A DNA stretch of 64,000 nt from a bacterium. GTDB lineage: Bacteria > Actinomycetota > Actinomycetes > Actinomycetales > Bifidobacteriaceae. The translations under genes and the position numbers were made by a program. This document shows positions 58,967-64,000 of this stretch, in pieces (the first letter of the stretch is position 1; the number at the start of each line of letters is the position of its first letter). Below the pieces are notes generated by a model, which worked only from the letters and a program-made list of their open reading frames with translations, did not search any database and was not told where the DNA came from. The stretch lies in NCBI GenBank assembly GCA_963595445.1, contig CAVBHJ010000010.1, positions 12,295-76,294 of the forward strand, in the 5' to 3' direction.

Positions 58967-60259
58967 ATGGCGACAGCCAATCTTAGTGTGGGATCCGGAG
59001 ACTTCACCCTGCCTGTGGTCAAGGCCACGTCAGGGGCGGACGGCATCGTGGTGTCCACGTTGCGCAACGACGGTTGGGTCACGCTCGATCCGGGATTCCT
59101 GACCACGGCGCAATGCGAATCGAAAATCACCTACATCGACGGTAAGAACTCCATTCTGCGTTACCGTGGCTATCCGATCGAGCAACTGTGCGAAGAGTCG
59201 GACTTCCTCGAAGTGGCATGGCTGCTTCGACATGGCGAACTTCCCAGCCAGGAACAGTACGACCGTTTCATCTCCGACATCAACCACCGCACGATGGTCG
59301 GCGAGGATTTCCGCACGTTCATGGGTTCCTTCCCGCGTACCGCGCATCCGATGAGCGTCATGGCGTCAGCCATCAACGCGCTCGCCACCTTCTACCCGGA
59401 CACCACCGACATAGCCGACTCCGATCAGCTGGACGAGGCCGCGACCATCATCATGGCGAAGGCCCGCACCATCGTCAGCTACATCTTCCGCCGCCGCCGC
59501 GATGAGCCGATGCTGTATCCGGATTATTCGCGCGGCTACGTGGATGATTTCCTGCGCATGTGCTTTGCGGTGCCTTACGAGCCGTTCGAATCCGATCCGC
59601 TATATGTTCACGCGCTCGGCCGACTGCTCATCATCCATGCCGACCACGAGCAGAATTGCTCGACCTCCGTGGTACGCATCGCCGGTTCCGCCCATGCCAA
59701 CCTGTATTCCGCCGTGGCCGCGGGGATCAACGCGTTGTCCGGCCCGCTGCATGGCGGGGCGAACGAGGCCGTGCTCCGCCAGCTCAAGGCGATCCGCGAT
59801 TCGGGCAAAACGGTCAAGCAGTTCGTCGATGATGCGAAGAACAACGGGCAACGTATCTCCGGACTTGGCCATCGCGTGTATAAGTCGTATGACCCGCGTG
59901 CGGCCATCGCCAAGACGTATCTGCAGAAGATCATGGAACGTGCGGATACGCTGAAGCTGCCGATGGACGAACGTGCGCTCTTCGATGTGGCGACCGAACT
60001 GGAAGACATCGCCCTCAACGACGAATACTTCGTGTCCCGCCACCTGTACCCGAACGTCGATTTCTATACGGGCCTGATTTATCGTGCCATCGGTTTCGAC
60101 CCGTCCATGTTCACCACGCTGTTCGCTTTGGGCAGAATTCCGGGATGGATCGCCCAGTATCGTGAGATGCTCGCCGACCCGAACACCAAGATCGGCCGTC
60201 CGCGTCAGGTCTACACGGGCTATACGGAACGTCCGTACGTTCCCATGTCCGAACGCTGA
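58967..60259 (+). CDS. gltA: citrate synthase
   Basis: GPLHGGANE, GLGHRVYKSYDPRA and SRHLYPNVDFYTG. ATG 58967 lies 9 nt after GGAG. The ORF-track GTG 58958 abuts the RBS. Confidence 0.95.
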   Translation: MATANLSVGSGDFTLPVVKATSGADGIVVSTLRNDGWVTLDPGFLTTAQCESKITYIDGKNSILRYRGYPIEQLCEESDFLEVAWLLRHGELPSQEQYDRFISDINHRTMVGEDFRTFMGSFPRTAHPMSVMASAINALATFYPDTTDIADSDQLDEAATIIMAKARTIVSYIFRRRRDEPMLYPDYSRGYVDDFLRMCFAVPYEPFESDPLYVHALGRLLIIHADHEQNCSTSVVRIAGSAHANLYSAVAAGINALSGPLHGGANEAVLRQLKAIRDSGKTVKQFVDDAKNNGQRISGLGHRVYKSYDPRAAIAKTYLQKIMERADTLKLPMDERALFDVATELEDIALNDEYFVSRHLYPNVDFYTGLIYRAIGFDPSMFTTLFALGRIPGWIAQYREMLADPNTKIGRPRQVYTGYTERPYVPMSER

Positions 60260-60278
60260 CGAGAACGTAAGCTGTTTG

Positions 60279-60348
60279 AATATGGCGTGATTCCCATGAG
60301 GCATACCCGGTTTCCACGGGATGTGCCTCATGGGAATCACGCCATATT
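60279..60348. terminator. 25-bp perfect inverted repeat between convergent gltA and rlmH (probable bidirectional terminator)
   Basis: AATATGGCGTGATTCCCATGAGGCA (60279-60303) pairs with TGCCTCATGGGAATCACGCCATATT (60324-60348). The loop is 20 nt. Confidence 0.6.
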
Positions 60349-60370
60349 TTGATGACTGCCGGCGGCAACC

Positions 60371-60850
60371 CTACTTGTGGTAGGGCTCTCCGGCGTTGAT
60401 CTTGAACGCGCGGTAGATCTGTTCCAGAAGAATCACACGCATGAGCTGGTGGGGGAACGTCATTTTCGAGAAGCTCAGCAGATAATCGGCACGGTTGAGG
60501 ATCGATTGGTCAAGACCGAGCGAACCGCCGATGACGAGCTGGATATGACTGGTGCCACGCAACCCCAGACCGTCGATTTTCGAAGCCAGTTCCTCACTGG
60601 TAAGCTGCTTTCCCTCGATGGCGAGGGCGATGACGAACGCATCGGAGCGGATATGCTTCATGATGCGTTCGCCTTCCTTTTCCTTGATTTGGCGTTCCAA
60701 AGCCTCGCCGGCATGATCCGGCGTCTTCTCGTCCGCCACTTCAACGATGCTCAGCTTGCAGTAACGGCCAAGTCGCTTCGAGTACTCTTCGATCGCGTCG
60801 CGGAGGTATTTCTCCTTGACTTTGCCGACGGTGATGAGCGTTATCTTCAT
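60371..60850 (-). CDS. rlmH: 23S rRNA (pseudouridine1915-N3)-methyltransferase
   Basis: 159-aa SPOUT fold. [15 protein letters not shown]... and C-terminal [17 protein letters not shown]. Confidence 0.93.
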   Translation of the reverse strand: MKITLITVGKVKEKYLRDAIEEYSKRLGRYCKLSIVEVADEKTPDHAGEALERQIKEKEGERIMKHIRSDAFVIALAIEGKQLTSEELASKIDGLGLRGTSHIQLVIGGSLGLDQSILNRADYLLSFSKMTFPHQLMRVILLEQIYRAFKINAGEPYHK

Positions 60851-60852
60851 AT

Positions 60853-61842
60853 TCAGTTCTTGTGCAGCTTTTCGTTGAGTTCGATGCCGGTCTTGCGATA
60901 GCGGGCCTCGATACGTCCGGAAACGGAGTTGCGGATGAACAGGATGTTGTCTTTTCCGGACAGATCCGCGCCCTTGACGGTTTCGAGCGGCTCCCCGGCC
61001 GCGACCCTGGCCTTATCGTAGATGGTCACCTTGGTTCCGGCGGTGACGTACAGGCCCGCTTCGACCACGCAGTTGTCTCCCAAGGAGATGCCGATTCCGG
61101 CGTTCGCGCCGAGCAGGGAATGCTCGCCGATGGAGTTCTTGAGCTTGCCGCCGCCGGACAGGGTGCCCATGATGGATGCGCCGCCGCCGATGTCGGAGCC
61201 GTTGCCCACCACAACGCCTTGGGAGACTCGGCCCTCGACCATGGAGACGCCGAGGGTGCCGGCGTTGAAGTTCACGAAGCCGGCATGCATGACCGTGGTG
61301 CCTTCGGCCAGATGAGCTCCCAGCCTCACGCGGTCGGCGTCGCCGATGCGTACGCCGGTCGGCACGACGTAATCGACCATACGCGGGAACTTGTCGATGG
61401 ACAGCACATTCACGTCCACCTTGGGCAGTCCAGGGGCGGACTGGTTGGAAGCGGCCATCACGTCAAGCTTGCGCAGGGCGAAATCCTCGACGGCGAACGG
61501 GCCGTAGTTGGTCCACACCACATTGTTGAGTGCGGCGAAGATGCCGTCCAGATTCAGCGTGTTCGGCTTTGCCAGACGCATGCTCAGCAGGTGCAGGCGC
61601 AGATAGGCGTCCGCCGCGTCCTCGATCGGTTCGTCGAGGTTGGAAACGGTGAACACCGGAATACGGCGCACTCCACGTGCGTCGCATCCCTCATGGGCCA
61701 GATTGCCGAAATTGTGGTTCGGGCGGGAAACCTCCGCGGGAGCCTCGCCAAGCTGCAGCTGCGGATACCAGACGTCCAGGGTGTTGCCGGCGGCATCCAC
61801 GCTGGCAAGTCCCCAACCCCAAGCGGTGCGTTGGTCGGTCAT
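60853..61842 (-). CDS. dapD: 2,3,4,5-tetrahydropyridine-2,6-dicarboxylate N-succinyltransferase
   Basis: Actinobacterial-type DapD with hexapeptide repeats ([24 protein letters not shown]). ATG 61842 follows AAGGAG. The ORF-track start is 61923. Confidence 0.88.
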   Translation of the reverse strand: MTDQRTAWGWGLASVDAAGNTLDVWYPQLQLGEAPAEVSRPNHNFGNLAHEGCDARGVRRIPVFTVSNLDEPIEDAADAYLRLHLLSMRLAKPNTLNLDGIFAALNNVVWTNYGPFAVEDFALRKLDVMAASNQSAPGLPKVDVNVLSIDKFPRMVDYVVPTGVRIGDADRVRLGAHLAEGTTVMHAGFVNFNAGTLGVSMVEGRVSQGVVVGNGSDIGGGASIMGTLSGGGKLKNSIGEHSLLGANAGIGISLGDNCVVEAGLYVTAGTKVTIYDKARVAAGEPLETVKGADLSGKDNILFIRNSVSGRIEARYRKTGIELNEKLHKN

Positions 61843-61990
61843 ATGAATCTCCTTATAAGACGGATTGCTTGCTGTGCTAGCAACATTAGCCGGAGGGGAA
61901 GGCCGCGAGCGGAGGGATTCCACGTATCGACGCGGTGCGCTCGCATGGTCGAAACGCCTGAAAACGCATGTGCGCGTATGGAAGGAAAGT

Positions 61991-62149
61991 ATGGCGTACC
62001 GCGTATACTCGCCAATCGTGACCAGCTACCAGAAGGAACGTGAGCGCAAAGAGCGCCGCCGCCGCGTCGTGACGCGTGTGGTCGGCGTTGTCATTGCCGC
62101 GGCAATGCTCATCAGTCTGGTTGTTCCTGCTATCTACGCAGGTCTTTGA
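61991..62149 (+). CDS. possible 52-aa tail-anchored small membrane protein
   Basis: ATG 61991 follows GGAAGGAAAG. A basic stretch ([12 protein letters not shown]) precedes one TM helix. A 9-bp hairpin (62157-62184) follows. No homology evidence. Confidence 0.3.
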   Translation: MAYRVYSPIVTSYQKERERKERRRRVVTRVVGVVIAAAMLISLVVPAIYAGL

Positions 62150-62330
62150 CGCTTTCGGACCCGTATGGTTTGAAACGGGTCCGCATTTCCGCCGAACCGG
62201 ATGGCCTTTCGGTTCAACGAGATTGCGGAAAACGGGCGGACGTGCTGAAAACCAAAGGATTGTGCGGGAGCTGCAAGCGCATCCATGACAAAATAGCAAT
62301 GAACGTATAAAGAAATGTATGGTGTAAACG

Positions 62331-63461
62331 ATGGCAGATTTTGATTATTCCCAGGAAATCAGCGACGCGAGGGCCAAGTATGAGTCCATCGCCAAGGCTT
62401 TGGACGTGGACAGGCTCACCGCGCAGGCCAAGGATCTCGAGGTCCAGGCCGCGGAACCGGGGCTGTGGGACGATCCTGAAAACGCGCAGAAGGTGACCAG
62501 CAAGCTTTCCGCCGTGCAGTCGCAGCTCAAGCGGCTTGCTTCCGCCAGCCAGCGCATCGACGATGTGGAGACGCTGGTGGAACTCGGCCAGGAAGAGGAA
62601 GATCCCGACACCCTGGCTGAGGCTCAGAGCGAAATCGAGAGCATCCAGTCGGATCTGGCCGACATGGAGATCCAGACGCTGCTGGACGGCGAGTACGACG
62701 AACGTTCCGCCGTCGTGACGATTCGTTCCGGCGCTGGCGGCGTCGATGCGGCGGACTTCGCGCAGATGCTGCTGCGCATGTATGTGCGTTGGGCGGAACG
62801 CAACGGTTACAAGGCCAAGGTCATGGACACCTCCTATGCGGAAGAGGCCGGCATCAAGTCCGCGACGTTCCAGGTGGACGCGCCTTACGCATACGGCCGC
62901 ATGAGCGTTGAGGGCGGCACCCACCGTCTGGTGCGCATCTCCCCGTTCGACAATCAGGGCCGCCGTCAGACCAGCTTCGCAGCTGTGGAAGTCGTGCCGC
63001 TCGTCGAAGCGACCGATCATATCGACGTTCCGGATTCTGAAATCCGCGTCGATACCTACTGCTCCTCCGGTCCTGGCGGTCAGGGCGTGAACACCACGTA
63101 CTCCGCGGTGCGCATCACCCATATCCCGACAGGCATCGTGGTGACCATGCAGGACGAACGCTCCCAGATCCAGAACCGTGCCGCGGCCATGGCCGTGCTG
63201 CAGTCCCGTCTGCTTGTGCTTCGCCATGAGGAGGAAGCCAAGAAGAAGAAGGAGCTTGCGGGAGACATCAAGGCAAGCTGGGGCGACCAGATGCGTTCGT
63301 ACGTGTTGCATCCCTACCAGATGGTCAAGGATCTGCGTACCGGTCATGAGACGTCGCAGACGCAGGCCGTGTTCGATGGCGACATCGACGCGTTCATCGA
63401 AGCCGGTATCCGCTGGCGTCATGAGCAGCGTCGTGTCGCGGCAGAAGAGGCTGAGGAGTAA
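62331..63461 (+). CDS. prfB: peptide chain release factor 2 (single uninterrupted ORF)
   Basis: SPF tripeptide ([15 protein letters not shown]) and GGQ ([11 protein letters not shown]). 376 aa. Confidence 0.96.
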   Translation: MADFDYSQEISDARAKYESIAKALDVDRLTAQAKDLEVQAAEPGLWDDPENAQKVTSKLSAVQSQLKRLASASQRIDDVETLVELGQEEEDPDTLAEAQSEIESIQSDLADMEIQTLLDGEYDERSAVVTIRSGAGGVDAADFAQMLLRMYVRWAERNGYKAKVMDTSYAEEAGIKSATFQVDAPYAYGRMSVEGGTHRLVRISPFDNQGRRQTSFAAVEVVPLVEATDHIDVPDSEIRVDTYCSSGPGGQGVNTTYSAVRITHIPTGIVVTMQDERSQIQNRAAAMAVLQSRLLVLRHEEEAKKKKELAGDIKASWGDQMRSYVLHPYQMVKDLRTGHETSQTQAVFDGDIDAFIEAGIRWRHEQRRVAAEEAEE

Positions 63462-63473
63462 GGAACTTCACAA

Positions 63474-64000
63474 TGGCGCTGATCTCGCTCGAACATGTGA
63501 GCAAAGTCTATCCAAAGGGCTCACGCCCGGCATTGGATGACATCAGTCTCGAAATCAATCGAGGCGATTTCGTCTTCCTTGTGGGAGCGTCAGGCTTCGG
63601 CAAAACGACGCTGCTGAGCCTGCTGCTGCGCGAGGAGGAGGCCACTGACGGCGAGATCCGCGTGGCCGGCAACGATCTGAGAAGGTTGTCGGCAAGGCAG
63701 GTTCCGCACTATCGTCGTTCCATCGGCTTCGTCTTCCAGGATTACAAGCTGCTGAACAACAAGACGGTGTGGGAGAACGTGGCGTTCGCTCTCGAAGTGA
63801 TCGGCACGAGCCGAGCCGCCATCAAATCGTTGGTGCCGAAGGTGTTGCAGACCGTTGGTCTGACGGGCAAGGAGAACAATTATCCGTATGAGCTCTCCGG
63901 CGGCGAGGCGCAGCGCGTGGCCATCGCGCGAGCGTATGTGAACCATCCGCAGCTGCTGCTTGCCGACGAGCCTACGGGAAACCTCGATCCGACCACGTCT
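63474..64000 (+). CDS. ftsE: cell-division ABC ATPase FtsE (5' part, runs off the window)
   Basis: My own translation from ATG 63474: MALISLEHVSKVYPKG..., Walker A GASGFGKTT, signature LSGGEAQRV, Walker B LLLADEPTG. The position after prfB is conserved. Confidence 0.9.

Noticed and set aside
62331-63461. Programmed +1 frameshift site in prfB
   Set aside because: The gene is one uninterrupted 376-aa ORF with no early in-frame TGA and no CTTTGAC-type site. Many bacteria, including actinobacteria as far as I recall, lack the autoregulatory frameshift.

Overview
A roughly 60% GC actinobacterial chromosomal segment. Gene content and order look Bifidobacterium-like (adolescentis/catenulatum group), but that is an inference I cannot verify without a database search. 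Most of the window is housekeeping. It opens with the conserved tilS(3' end)-hpt-ftsH-folE-folP-folB/folK-DUF3180 block, followed by tesB, ettA and a small SDR/TetR/serine-hydrolase/deformylase-like/amidohydrolase accessory patch, then metY. A large xylose/xylo-oligosaccharide locus occupies about 16.2-34.6 kb. It contains xylA, two GH43 enzymes, a LacI regulator, an ABC binding protein plus two permeases (no ATPase gene), a SASA-type esterase, a frameshifted GH8 exo-oligoxylanase, a carboxylesterase, an O-acetyltransferase, xylB and a ROK regulator. After it come tRNA(CAT), rpmE-prfA-prmC-tsaC-wecA-like, guaB, and a low-GC hypothetical gene and an amino-acid permease. Next is a LacI/GH13 alpha-glucosidase/MFS locus. 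The window ends with orn, a HAD phosphatase, a Pif1-like helicase, proS, an SSB paralog, pepO, map, gltA, rlmH, dapD, prfB and the start of ftsE. I found no rRNA, CRISPR, IS element, integrase or prophage. I also found no convincing new multi-gene system such as a defence island. The most unusual signal is nucleotide-level: eight copies of a strictly 63-bp-periodic hairpin repeat, in three arrays that fill every intergenic region around two genes (41.0-44.4 kb). Other points worth a second look are a palindromic quartet of DnaA-box-like sequences upstream of the SSB paralog, a second degenerate HPPK domain fused to FolB-FolK, the 1-nt frameshift in the GH8 gene, several recurring operator-like motifs, and some long perfect palindromes. 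Many very long ORFs in the track run antisense to recognisable genes and are treated as high-GC artefacts.
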